A stretch of DNA of 64,000 nucleotides from Eledone cirrhosa (Eukaryota). The notes under the pieces are model-generated. The model was given only the letters and a program-made list of their open reading frames with translations. It was not told where the DNA came from and did no database searches. This document shows positions 1 to 14,232 of the stretch, piece by piece. Where the stretch lies: the NCBI GenBank assembly GCA_964016885.1, contig OZ024741.1, positions 289,726,001 through 289,790,000 of the forward strand. The letters are read 5' to 3'. A program made the translations under genes and the position numbers. Position 1 is the stretch's first letter, and each line of letters opens with the position of its first letter.

Positions 1-120
1 GACCGATTAGCAATTGGAAAGACTCATGGAAGCATTGTTTCCTCGGCGCGATTTGATGAGCTCCACCTCACTCGTTAAGTGAATGAGGTCTAGGATCTTG
101 TCGATCGGATGTCTATATAT

Positions 121-166
121 CATCATCATCATTTTACGTCCGCTTTTCCCTGCTTGCAAGGGTGGA
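121..166 (-). mobile_element. 3' tail relic of RTE-type LINE or RTE-dependent SINE
   Basis: (CAT)n followed by tttacgtccgcttttccctgcttgcaagggtggaac is the reverse complement of a (GAT)n-tailed RTE-like 3' end, recognised from memory of cephalopod repeats. Confidence 0.5.
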
Positions 167-170
167 ACTA

Positions 171-206
<36 letters not shown>

Positions 207-273
207 AAAAAGATGAAATCGAAAATGCAACTGGAGTCTTATTTTTAAAAAAAATATATATATTTATTTGGTT

Positions 274-311
274 CCTTTACCGGTTTCGCAGTTCTTCTGC
301 TTTTCAAAAGG
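274..311 (-). ncRNA. Minimal type-I hammerhead ribozyme, U3-A8 core variant (copy 1)
   Basis: Minus strand: CCTT-TTGAAAA-GCAG-aagaa-CTGC-GAAA-CCGG-TA-AAGG. Stem I CCTT/AAGG, stem II GCAG/CTGC, palindromic stem III ACCGGT, GUA cleavage triplet. Confidence 0.75.
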
Positions 312-351
312 TGAGTTGAGATGGAGGGTCTGTGGTTTTTCTCACATCATT

Positions 352-518
<167 letters not shown>

Positions 519-649
519 GTGAGGTTTTTTTTACAAAATGAAAAATAACCGAGGTGTCCTACACGAGTGAAAGTATAAATAAAAAGAGATGAAATCGAAA
601 ATGCAACTGGAGTCTTATTTTTTTTTAAAATATATATATTTATTTGGTT

Positions 650-687
650 CCTTTACCGGTTTCGCAGTTCGTCTGCTTTTCAAAAGG
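650..687 (-). ncRNA. Minimal type-I hammerhead ribozyme, U3-A8 core variant (copy 2)
   Basis: Identical to 274-311 except for one change in loop II (acgaa vs aagaa). Confidence 0.75.
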
Positions 688-898
688 TGAGTTGAGATGG
701 AGAGTCTCTGGTTAGAACTGCGAAACCGGTAAAGGAACCAAATAAATATATATATTTAAAAAAAAAATAAGACTCCAGTAATGTATTGTGTGTTTTTCTA
801 TATAGCGCTGGCCTTGGGTTCCCCTACTTGTTCTTTATCCTTGTTCTGGTGACCGAGCTCGATGGAGCCTGCAACCTTTGATATATTTTTGTTCATAA

Positions 899-943
899 GC
901 TCTGATGATTCCTGCCCTAGGGTATGGATGAAACACTGTTAGC
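899..943 (+). ncRNA. Hammerhead-like motif (probably degenerate) at the end of a Penelope-like fragment
   Basis: GCT-CTGATGA-[t TCC TGCCC ta GGGTA t GGA t]-GAAA-C-act-G-TT-AGC, then AATAAA (945-950) and (TA)n from 991. The base of stem II is a T-T mismatch and stem I is only 3 bp. Confidence 0.5.
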
Positions 944-987
944 AAATAAAACAATGTATTTCTAAGCACTCTTTGGTTATTCCTAAA

Positions 988-1043
<56 letters not shown>

Positions 1044-1327
1044 ATATGTTGAAAAGGTAACACACTATAGAAAGACAGTGCACCATCAATAAAACAGGGA
1101 AAGCCACCAGTGTATGGAATATCTATAATCTATGGAAGGCAGGGTAGACACAATAATTCCTTTTTCCTTTGAGCACATTATTGACAGGGAATAACGAGAG
1201 TCTATGGCTCCGTTAATTTATCGTGATATATATATATATGTGTGTGTAAAAGGTTAATAGAAACAACAACACAATCGGTACAGTATATGGAATGTTAGGT
1301 TAATGCTTGATATAGCAGGAAGAGGGT

Positions 1328-1362
<35 letters not shown>

Positions 1363-2110
1363 TTCAACCAAATACAAGAAAACATGTATTTGATGGGCGT
1401 ATGTACCCATTCGCTCTTAGTATTATTCTGAAATAGACGTTATGATTTTCATATAATTAGCGCTCGTGTTAGCAATTAACGTGTGTTAGCAACCGAAATG
1501 TACGATAAAGTTATATTTGTATACATTCAGAGTGGGTAACCGAGACTGCACCAAAGTGTTTTTTAATATACTAATATTATTTCCTCGTTTCCTTTTTTTA
1601 ATGAACTATAATATTTGACTCAAGGTAACACTGGTACGAGAGGTAAACTCATAATCCTATGATATTGCAACAACATCCTTAAACACAATGAGGGCGTGCG
1701 TGCCATTGTGCCTACTTGCTTACCTACAGAACGCTCTGTAATATCTTGAATAATTTTTTTCATCAGCCTTCGTGAATTATTCTCTGTGTTGCTTTAAATG
1801 AATATTCGTCCTGACAAATTAAACAGTCATTTCATCTTCTTGGGCTTAAACTGCCCAACAAGTACCACAAGTATCATGTGTAGCAAGTAAATGAATTAAA
1901 TTATATAAAATGAGATAATTCGAGTGTATATACAAAAAAAACTACTCCCGGGTCTCCGGTGAGCTTCCCAATTCTTCAAATATATTTTACGTAATGAAAC
2001 AGGGGAGTTATATTTATTTGAGAATTCAGCAAATAGTAACGACAATATTCACAATATGAAAACCACCACCACCACCACCAACAACAACAACAATAACAAA
2101 AATATTCCTC

Positions 2111-2290
2111 TGTTATTGCCACCAGGGCGCATTCATTTATTTAATAAAACGTGTTTAGCTACAACGGTCCACTCACTCGCACGATAAAACGTGTTTTGCC
2201 ACAAGGGCACATACATTCATATAATAAATCTTGTTTTGCTATAAAGAACCATATATTCGCATATAAACCATCTTTGGCTTCAAGGGCTGA
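2111..2290. repeat. Degenerate 40-bp minisatellite with alternating A/B units
   Basis: About 4.5 units sharing ataaaacgtgtttt(g/a)gc.acaa.gg. Units 1, 3 and 5 carry agggc; units 2 and 4 carry gcta.aa...cc...tcgca. Confidence 0.7.
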
Positions 2291-2640
2291 GAACAGGTTA
2301 AGGCTGATATAGAAATCAATATGGAAACATATCGATAAACGTGCAAAACCAATTATAGCAATAGGAAAACGGCAATTGTTTGTTTTTTATCTACCTAAAG
2401 CGTAGTGAAACCAATGAATATTACGTAACATAAAGTGTTGCGCTATTACATCAGGTCTGACGCTATTACATCAAGTCTCAGAAACAATCACAACTGTATA
2501 AGTATATTATATAAAGCAATATCAACACAATACATTAAAACATATTCTCAAATGGGTTGTTTAAAACACAAACGACATAAATCAATTTTTATGACTATTT
2601 TGCATTATAAATGATGATTTCATTGTAAATTATACAAATT

Positions 2641-2710
2641 TCAAGGGCGGTGCCCCAGCATGGCCTCAGCCGGATGGCTGGTACAGGTAAAAAGTAAAAG
2701 GTAAAAAGGT
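2641..2710 (+). mobile_element. 3' end of SINE/LINE with GTAAAA-type tail
   Basis: agggcggtgccccagcatggcc...cagc.....ggctg followed by repeated gtaaaa(a)g; resembles a recalled octopus retroposon tail. Confidence 0.5.
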
Positions 2711-2811
2711 ATATTGAAGCTAAAGTGATATATGGATATAGATGGTGATATCGGAGACACAATACACATACAAGTTTGAGACGCAAATCATCCTAACTAT
2801 TTGCGAGTGCG

Positions 2812-3090
2812 TGTATGTATGTATGTATGTATGTATGTATGTATGTATGTATGTATGTATGTATGTATGTATGTATGTACGTACGTATGTATGTATGTAT
2901 GTATGTATGTATGTATGTATGTATGTATGTATGTATGTATGTACGTATGTATGTATTAATGTATGTATGTGTGTATATATGTATGTATGTATGTATGTAT
3001 GCATGTATGTACGTATGTATGTATTAATGTATGTATGTGTGTATATATGTATGTATGTATGCATGCATGTATGTATGTATGTATTTATGT
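2812..3090. repeat. (ATGT)n tetranucleotide microsatellite
   Basis: Direct reading; resumes at 3233-3305 after a SINE. Confidence 0.97.
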
Positions 3091-3120
3091 ACATATACTT
3101 ATATTAATAACTGTATATAT

Positions 3121-3210
3121 AACTTTGCCATTCATCCTTACGGGGTCGATAAAATAAAGTACCAGTAATGTACTAGGTAATTGCTAGCCTTGTGCTAAAA
3201 AGTAGAAACA
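3121..3210 (+). mobile_element. 5'-truncated tRNA-derived SINE (family A) with 18-bp TSD
   Basis: Core cttacggggtcgataaaataaagtaccagt and tail gccttgtgc.aaaa.tagaaaca; TSD attaataactgtatatat at 3103-3120 and 3211-3228. Confidence 0.9.
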
Positions 3211-3225
3211 ATTAATAACTGTATA

Positions 3226-3261
<36 letters not shown>

Positions 3262-3469
3262 TGTATGTATGTATGTATGTATGTATGTATGTATGTATGT
3301 ATGTACGTTCAGCGCATCGGTAGGGGTTCTCCTACATGGATATAAAGTAGTGGCCGTACTCGAAAACGAGTTGGCAGCCACCATGTATGTCTATATATAC
3401 ACACACACATATATATATATGTGTTTGTGTCAGCGTGTATCTGTGTATGTCTCTCTATCCCTCTCTATC

Positions 3470-3495
3470 TCGAAAAGCTTCATCCGTGAATTGTA

Positions 3496-3539
<44 letters not shown>

Positions 3540-3565
3540 TACAATTCACGGATGAAGCTTTTCGA
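3470..3565. repeat. Perfect inverted repeat centred on (TA)n
   Basis: tcgaaaagcttcatccgtgaattgtaaac-(AT)n-gtttacaattcacggatgaagcttttcga. Confidence 0.95.
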
Positions 3566-4199
3566 ATAGAATGGACACAGCTTGGCTCGTTTCCTCATTC
3601 ACTCAATATCCAATTAAGTTCGTATTATCAAAGTTCAAATCCAACTGGTTAGAGTGTACACATACGTTAATCAGTGAAGCAGACGACTTTGTGTGAGCAA
3701 GATAACTGAGATACCCGCACCGATGCATCAGTTTCTATGGTTCCGACTTGCTGGCAGTGTTCCGAATGGAAGTACCATGTGACAAATATTAGGTAATGTT
3801 AGTATACATTAGGTAATTTTGCGCGGAACCTTGTCGTCAGCGGGAGTTCGCCTCCCTGTAATGGAAAGATCAATATCTTCAGTTGTTTGTTGTAAGTGAC
3901 TGTAGTAGTTTTTAGATTCTAGTGACGCGTGAGGTCACATCAAAGAGAAGATAAGCCAGGACTGACCATTTACAGAAATGCACATTGGCAATTGATTCAC
4001 ATTGAAAAAATATGACGATTGCCAAAAGCACTCTACCAGTGTGTTTCAAATAGAAAACAAAGACAGTACAGCAATTAATAAATAAATCGAACTATAAAAA
4101 CAGAGTGAGAAAGTTCAACTTATTTAAATGCAGTATAGTTCCCTGGGAGTTAAAATAATTAAGAGACAAAGCTTGTCGAATAGAATGGACATATTGGTA

Positions 4200-4879
4200 T
4201 ATATTATATTATTTATTTATGTTCATATGGGGGCGGTGGATTGACAGAATCGGTTGAGGGCCGGACGCCATGCTTTGCAGCATAGAGTTACGCCCCTTTA
4301 CGGGTTGAGTTCAAATCCCGCCGAGGTTAACTTTGACTTTCATCTTTACGGGGTCGATAAAATAAATTACCAGTAATGCACTGGGATAATTGCTGGCCTT
4401 GTGCCAAAAGTAGAAACAATTACTTATTTATGTTCATACACGGAACAAAAGTGCTACCTAAGGTTTCGAAGCCTAATTTTGAACATTTTCCTTGATAATT
4501 TGGGACCTATTCTTCGAGCGCTTGGATGAGTTTGAAGATGCTGTTAAAAATGTCGCCTCTTAAATGATTATTTAGGAAAACGTAGTATAACAAAGGGAAA
4601 TAACTAAAAAATATAAAATTGAAATGGCTATATTAGTGATTGTTTGTTAGTGTGTGCGCAATATAATAGATGTATTGAATTATGTGATGGTAAGTAATAT
4701 AGATATGTTAATAATTATTAGGCTTTGGTGTTTAATAGTATAGGTGTAACGTATTATGTAAGTGGGCAAAAAGCTATTAAGAGAGCAGAGTAAAGTGGGG
4801 AGATGTTCAAATTTGGGTCTTGAGAACTTAAGTAGCGCTTTTGTTCCGTGTCTGAACATAAATAAATAATATAATATAT
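4200..4879. mobile_element. MITE-like element with long TIRs; left TIR interrupted by a SINE
   Basis: The left arm (4200-4227 plus 4439-4491) is the imperfect reverse complement of 4799-4879, e.g. cacggaacaaaagtgctac vs gtagcgcttttgttccgtg. Ends lie in TA-rich sequence. Confidence 0.75.
4228..4423 (+). mobile_element. Full-length tRNA-derived SINE (family A) with 15-bp TSD
   Basis: A-box-like ttgacagaatcgg, B-box gagttcaaatccc, core ggggtcgataaaataa; TSD ttatttatgttcata at 4213-4227 and 4424-4438. Confidence 0.92.
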
Positions 4880-5301
4880 GAAGTTATAACCGAATGTAGT
4901 GCGGGAACCACAATTAAGTAAGCTAATCATTTCATTAGTAAAGAAAGTGTATATATTTTGTATAGAAATGTATTCTACAGGTTTAAAATTGTACTCAGTA
5001 GGTAGAGAAGTTATATATTTAGAGAAATGACGTGTATCAAATTAGAGCTGTTAATTCGTGGTCGTGACAAATATTTACAGACATGTAATCTTTATATGAA
5101 AATTTAAATACAAATAAATGAAATTTTAAAAATCTATTCATAGCAAAACCGGTTAGTAGAAAACTAATTAAAAATCCTGACTATTAATGTAATTCAATCT
5201 ATTAAAAAATACATGATGTATTTTGTGTGAAATAATTTCTTTTTGATGAGTGCTGTAAATTTGCATATATAGTGAACAATTTTTCATATAGCCTTGCTTA
5301 A

Positions 5302-5543
<242 letters not shown>

Positions 5544-5808
5544 ATATCAATCTATATATATATAATGAAAGAGAGAAAGAGATAGATAAATAGACCGTTA
5601 AAGAGTGATAAAGAGATGTAGAAATAGAGGTTTATCTTTTATCTTATGTTACGCACTCTCTATTCACCAGTCGTTTCAACATACACTCTTCTACACACAA
5701 GAGAGCCCTTATCTATGCATAGACCCTCCGTCTTTTATTTATCTTCATTCATGAAGATATTTCTTCTCCCACCTCCCTTTTCCCACTTTCCATCTGTTTT
5801 TCTTCACG

Positions 5809-5851
<43 letters not shown>

Positions 5852-5989
5852 AGCAAGCATGTGAGAACGTCTATGCGTGCTTGTCTGTGTGTCTTTGCCC
5901 TAGTATAGTTCTCCGTAATGTGATGTCATACGCAAACAAGCAACTCTTTAGTAAAAAAAATAAACTCCACGTCATTTTCACCTATAGTA

Positions 5990-6390
5990 TCAGCACCACC
6001 ACCACCACAACAACAACAACTACCACCGTGACTACCACGACTATCACCAATATCAACATTACCATTGCTACCATAACCGGCCGGCATCATCAACAAATAC
6101 ACCAACAACAACAAAACCAAAACCACCATTACTACCACCAGCACCACTACCACCATCACCGCCATCACCAACACCACCACCATCACCAGCATCATCACCA
6201 GCACCACCATCATCAGCACCATCACCATCACCAGCAGCAGCAGCAGCACCACCACCACCACCACCACTATCAACAACAAAAACAACAAAACCATCACAAC
6301 TACCACCACGAGGACTACCACCAATACCAGCACCAACAAAACCACCACCAGCAACACCACCACCAACAACAACAACAAAACCGCCACCAT
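5990..6390. repeat. CAC/CAA/CAG/CAT triplet low-complexity tract
   Basis: Mixed triplet run; source of the spurious His/Gln-rich ORF. Confidence 0.9.
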
Positions 6391-6621
6391 TACGGTTCTT
6401 TCACACTTCTCCACAGCTACCAGAATTACCCGAACTATACATCATTGCTACCAACCTTACCCCCAGCATCACCTTCACTATCTCCACCTCTAGCATTATA
6501 CTACCCACAGCCTCCCACGCAAAATATATCTACCACACAGAACGAAATATTTTATCCTCTCTCTAATCATTAAGAATTTAAGAATTAGTACTAATACCCC
6601 TTCCACCAACGAAAGCAATAA

Positions 6622-6895
6622 CACCATCACCACCATCACCAATGCCATTACAAATAATGCAATCATCATCATCACCATCACCAATGCCATTACAAATAAT
6701 GCAATCATCATCACCACTATCACCAATGCCATTACAAATAATGCAATCATCATCATCACCATCACCAATGCCATTAAAAATAATGCAATCATCATCACCA
6801 CTATCACCAATGCCATTACAAATAATGCAATCATCATCATCACCATCACCAATGCCATTACAAATAATGCAATCATCATCATCACCATCACCACT
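6622..6895. repeat. 42-bp minisatellite, ~6.5 copies
   Basis: Unit caccatcaccaatgccattacaaataatgcaatcatcatcat, with two variants (catcaccatcacc / caccactatcacc). Confidence 0.95.
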
Positions 6896-7017
6896 ACAAT
6901 CTACGCAACCAGCATGTCTCTCTAACACAGTCTAGTGTCCTTTCGTTAGTCATGTTTTGACTACATATATTATAACTATTGTTGTGTTATTGTTGATATT
7001 ATTGTTGCAGTATTGGT

Positions 7018-7212
7018 GGGGGGTCGGGTGCCATGCTTTCCAGCATAGAGTTATGTCCCTCTACGGTCTGAGTTCATATCCCGCCGACGTTAACTTTGCC
7101 TTTCATCCTTACGGGGTCGATAAAATAAAGTACCAGTCACGCACTGGGGTCGATTTAATCGACTTCCCTCCCCAAAATTGCTGGCCTTGTGCCTATATAA
7201 GAAACCATTATT
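7018..7212 (+). mobile_element. tRNA-derived SINE (family A, longer 3' variant)
   Basis: B-box gagttcatatccc, core cctttcatccttacggggtcgataaaataaagtaccagt, an extra ggggtcgatttaatcgacttccc segment and an (ATT)n tail. Confidence 0.9.
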
Positions 7213-7692
7213 ATTGGTAGTAGTGGTGGTGTTGGTGGTGGTAATAACACTAGAAGTATCAGCAGCGGCACCGGCAGCAGCATCAGTATTAGTAGTAGTG
7301 TCATCTAGGTCTTAGATTTCACAGTAATTACTTTAATTTCACCTAATTCAATTTAGTGAGATTTACAATTTGGTAATTTTATAACTTTAATTCTGTTACT
7401 ATCTTTTTTTCAAAAAATTAATTACTGCAATCTTGTTAATATATATTTATTGTTTTATCTAAACTAATTATAGTCTTTTAAAACAAATATTTACTTTTTT
7501 TATAACTTGGTTACCGTTGTTTTTATCTTGCTTGATTCTCTTTAAGTATTTACTTTTATTAAACAATTCATTTACCGTTAGTTTAAATTTATTTTGCTTT
7601 TAGTCGATTTTGAATATATTTAGCGTGTTTTAAATGCCATTTGCTATTCAAAAAAATATTTGTTGTTTTTAAAAATGAGAAATATGTTAGAG

Positions 7693-8056
7693 CAGTGGTT
7701 CCCAAACAGTTTTTTTTTAATGCAGTCGTAGTTTTGAAGAATTAAAAATATGCTGGCGCCCTTTATACCATATTTTCGAAAATTTATTCAAATGAGTTTT
7801 CATAAATATTAGCATAACATAGAGTTAAAAGGTTCGAGGGGTTTCTGATTCTTAACGGAGTTGACATGTGCTATTTTTTGCAAATCTTGTCACTAAACTT
7901 TACTTGTTTGCCACTTTGACAGCTATGTATGGACTTTCATTCGAATTCCACTTTGTATTTTTCACATCTTAAAACTTAATCTTAGTCTTTTGCGGTGCAT
8001 CTAGTTACATCAAACGACGAATCCTTGCTCCACGGCACACAGTTTGTGAACCACAG
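7693..8056. mobile_element. Non-autonomous hAT (Charlie/Buster-like) DNA transposon
   Basis: TIRs cagtggttcccaaac / gtttgtgaaccacag (2 mismatches); 8-bp flanks tgttagag (7685-7692) and cattagag (8057-8064) match at 6/8 and contain TAGA, as typical for Charlie targets. Confidence 0.75.
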
Positions 8057-8462
8057 CATTAGAGAATACATTCCTAGATATTGCACGTCTGACAAACAAA
8101 ATATTAAAACTATTTAGATGATGGGATGATTATTGCTTGAACACTTTTCATCATAACTGCACCATTCAGGATGAGCTAAAAAAGTACAAGATGGTGATGG
8201 TTGGAATGATTGTGATCATAAGCCTTTCGGCTCAATCACAGCTGACTTGAGAGCTGAACAGAATCACCTCCACCAACCCTACCACAACCACCACTAATAT
8301 CACTTCCTTGGGACCATCATTCACCACCGTCACCACCACCATTACCACCAACAACATTAATGACAAGAAAATATTTTAAGAACTTTAATATTTTTCTATT
8401 TTTCCACTCGTAGATTGTTAGTACTGAGTGTTTTGCATCTCGGTATGTGAGGATAAACAGAC

Positions 8463-8635
8463 GGCGAATTGGCAGAATCGTTAGAACGTCGCATAGAATG
8501 CTTTGCGATATTGGTTCCGATTCTCTTTGCTCTATGTTCAAATCACGCCGAGATTGCCTTTGTCTTACATTCGATCGATGTTGATAAAAATGTTCCTATC
8601 CAGTACTGGGGTCGATTCTTCCTCAATATCCCTTC
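8463..8635 (+). mobile_element. Diverged tRNA-derived SINE (family A)
   Basis: ggcgaattggcagaatcgttag (A-box), gttcaaatcacgccgag (B-box), cagtactggggtcgat. Confidence 0.8.
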
Positions 8636-9468
8636 AACAAATCTTTCTATCTCTTTTTCTTTTCATTTTCTGAAAGGAATAGGCCGTGTGCACCTCAAAT
8701 GCTTTAAATTGCCCACGACACTCTGCATGTTACTGCGATGCCCTTACAACTCTACCAAGAGTTACATCTCCATAGATATATATGTGGGTAAAATAAATCA
8801 TATCAGAATTGAAACTCGGTACACATAACTTAACAAAAATTAAAAAAACTTAAGTTAGCGAACACTTTAACGACAAAGGACTATCTTGGCAGAAACGTAA
8901 TTGATTTGGGAGGGAGAAAGGAAAAAAATTGACTTAGTTGATAGTAAGAAAGTTAAAAGATGTTACGTATTTAGGAGAATGAAAATAAAAAGATATAACT
9001 TGTTTGGCAGTGAGGACGGAAAAAGATCTAACTTATTTGAAGGTGAGAACATAAAATGATGTAATAAATTTGGGAGTATAAATATGAAAAAAGATGTAAA
9101 TTTGTGATTCACAATAGGACACAAATAAAGAGAACGTTTCAATTGAAACCGGGATCCCTCAGACATATGGAAAATTTTCAAGGAAAACATCTTGGGTATT
9201 CCGGCTTTGAGAGGTTTGCCAAAAGAATAAGGTATGAGAACAAGGCGACAATGAAACGACATATGAAAACCAGAAATATATTTGATGTCATGTATTCTGA
9301 AATTTAAATACGAATATTACGCTAAAAGATTGGCATGTGAAAAGGGAGTGAAACACTACGAATTAATTAAATATTTTAATTTATATGAGTAATTCTATAT
9401 GATTTAATTTGGATAATTTTGATACACACTTAAACTCACACATGCACAGACATCACACATACCCCTCG

Positions 9469-10180
<712 letters not shown>

Positions 10181-10293
10181 TTTGTATATGTCTGTGTGTG
10201 AGTGTGTATGTATGTAAAAGATAAACACATAACAAAGCAAACAGCAGTTCCTTGAAGATATATTTAAGTTTAACGCTTAAAATATGAAAAGAG

Positions 10294-10329
10294 TCTTAAC
10301 GTTTCGGACACTAGCCCTTCTTCAGAAAA
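10294..10329 (-). ncRNA. Minimal type-I hammerhead ribozyme (canonical Penelope-type core)
   Basis: Minus strand: TTTT-CTGAAGA-A-GGGC-tagt-GTCC-GAAA-CG-TT-AAGA. Palindromic stem III AACGTT; weak stem I TTTT/AAGA. Confidence 0.75.
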
Positions 10330-10555
10330 TAGAGTTAGAAATTGATTATAAGATAGAAAGATAAAGAGTAAGAAGAGGAAGGAAGAGGAAAAAAGGAAAT
10401 CCTCATTCCTGGTGATTTCATAGGAATGAAACAGTTCTAGTCCTGTAAAAGATATTTCGTTATATATAATAAAGATGCATATACGCTACTAATGTATTGT
10501 GTACCTTTCTTAACTGTGATATTCCCCCCGACATAAACACGGGAATCTACGTATT

Positions 10556-11716
<1,161 letters not shown>

Positions 11717-12060
11717 TGTGTGTATGCAGAAGATTTTATGGGGCACAAACTTCAAGGAGTTTATACGCTTTTAAAATGAAGAATAACGTAGTCTTTGCTA
11801 TGATGACCACATTTAACTTCTTGGGGTGATAGATAAACAAAGTTGTTCTTCACTAGTTTAACTAGACAGCGGGTGATTTGTATACGTTATCCCTTGAGGA
11901 GATATTTATTACACTGCCGCAGTTTAGGTAAAATAACATGATGTTGTTTATTGAAAATTAAGTATTTGTTAGATGACTTGTTAAAGTTCAGAGAGGAAAA
12001 GAAAGAAAAATGACAGAACAAAAAAATCATAAAATCTACCAAATAAACTCTATACACATA

Positions 12061-12178
12061 CAAGCGTGGGCTGAAACATTCGTAGGCTGAAAGGTTCTTA
12101 GGCTGAAAGGTTCTTAGGCTGACCAAGATACTCTCATGGAATGACCAAATGAGGTTTATTTTTCAACATAGTCCCTGG
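12061..12178 (+). mobile_element. Terminal fragment of a Tc1/mariner-type transposon
   Basis: TA followed by caagcgtgggctgaaacattcgtaggctga...atttttcaacatagtccc resembles mariner TIR/subterminal sequence; local 16-bp duplication taggctgaaaggttct; truncated at (CT)n 12195-12298. Confidence 0.55.
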
Positions 12179-12192
12179 AAAGAAACAATGCA

Positions 12193-12280
<88 letters not shown>

Positions 12281-12655
12281 TCTCTCTCTCTCTCTCCTTA
12301 TCTCTCTCTGTATCTATATATAAATATCTAGAGAGAAAGAGAGAGAGAGAGAGAGATGAACAGTTATTATTTAATACCAATAAGAACATTATTCAACTTC
12401 GTACTCCATACTTAAGATGTGCAGAGTGTAGATATTATTAAAAGGATTTTCTGTCCATAGAATTCTTATGATATATATTTGGAGGAATTGAGTAATATTA
12501 GCTACCTTATTAATTTCTTTGTGCTAGGATCATAAATAACGTAACAAATATACTTAGAAAAATTAGTAATTGAAAGATTTTGGATAGTATAAACTATTTA
12601 TCCCAGTATTTCTAATGAATGATATTATCTTTAATTTTCAAATAATTGTGAACAT

Positions 12656-13078
12656 AATCCAGAATCTGGATATATTCAATAATATAACTACATTTCTCAT
12701 TTTTAATCAGGGGTTTGTTTGTAACATATCATAACATAATACTTACATAAAATTATTATAGAAAAATTTTAGATAAATATAAACACCTTCATAATATAGT
12801 TTAGTATCATAGAAACAGGGGGGGGGGGGGGTCCTGGTGGTTTGGAATCAAACGGGTTAAGGGCGGAATCAAGAATCTGGATATATTCAATAATATAACT
12901 ACATTTCTCATTTTTAATCAGGGGTTTGTTTGTAACATATCATAACATAACGCATATACTTACATAAAATTATTATAGAAATATTTTAGATAAATATAAA
13001 CACCTTCAAAATATAGTTTTGTATCATAGAAACAGGGGCGGATCCGGGCGGTTTGGAATCAAAAGGGTTAAGGGCGGA
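12656..13078. repeat. ~212-bp tandem duplication
   Basis: 12656-12867 vs 12868-13078 (agaatctggatatattcaat...gggttaagggcgga); copy 1 has a poly-G run where copy 2 has ggggcggatcc. Confidence 0.95.
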
Positions 13079-13304
13079 TGAGAGGGAAAACGCCAACAAG
13101 GAAAATATTATGGCGAAGGGCTGTGACCTTAGGTATTATTAACTTTGAATGACATAATGATGTGAAGCAGATATCATATATCAAGAGAAAAAGAAGTGAA
13201 CTATTCACGTCCCAGTGTTTGTACTGTTTGTACTAATATCATTTTCATCCCTAATTTGCTCTTAGCAATGAAATAGGAAAATAAAAAAAACAATAGAGAC
13301 GCAA

Positions 13305-13930
<626 letters not shown>

Positions 13931-14144
13931 ATTAAAACCAAAATACACATACTATAACACCAAAAAAGGACAAGGAGAAAAATAACATTAGAAATCTTAC
14001 TAATTAAGTTACCAGTTGTAAACAATGATTTTTAAGGCGTGTCTGTTACCAATAATTTCTCAACTGTTATCGATCTTCGACTCCTCCCTTGATTGCAATC
14101 ACTACTGATCGGCGGAGTTAAGTGAGGGGCGGAATATTTGCTTA

Positions 14145-14190
14145 ATGCTGCTGTTGCTGCAGCTGTTGTTGTTGTTGTTATTGTTAATGT

Positions 14191-14232
<42 letters not shown>

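Noticed and set aside
2111-2290. CRISPR-like periodicity
   Set aside because: No constant repeat with unique spacers, no cas genes, eukaryotic context.
4228-4330. tRNA gene
   Set aside because: The A/B boxes belong to a SINE head; there is no cloverleaf, and a SINE core, tail and TSD follow.
5809-6573. His/Gln-rich 254-aa ORF resembling a transcription-factor low-complexity region
   Set aside because: Begins in (TG)n, consists of CAN triplets, and has no domain or splice evidence.
6496-6935. Cys/Asp repeat ORF (CIICNGIGDGDDDD) resembling a metal-binding protein
   Set aside because: Translation of a 42-bp minisatellite that is open in several frames.
8840-9340. Purine-rich stretch as exon or LINE ORF
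   Set aside because: Multiple stops and no recognisable motif; cannot be supported without BLASTX.
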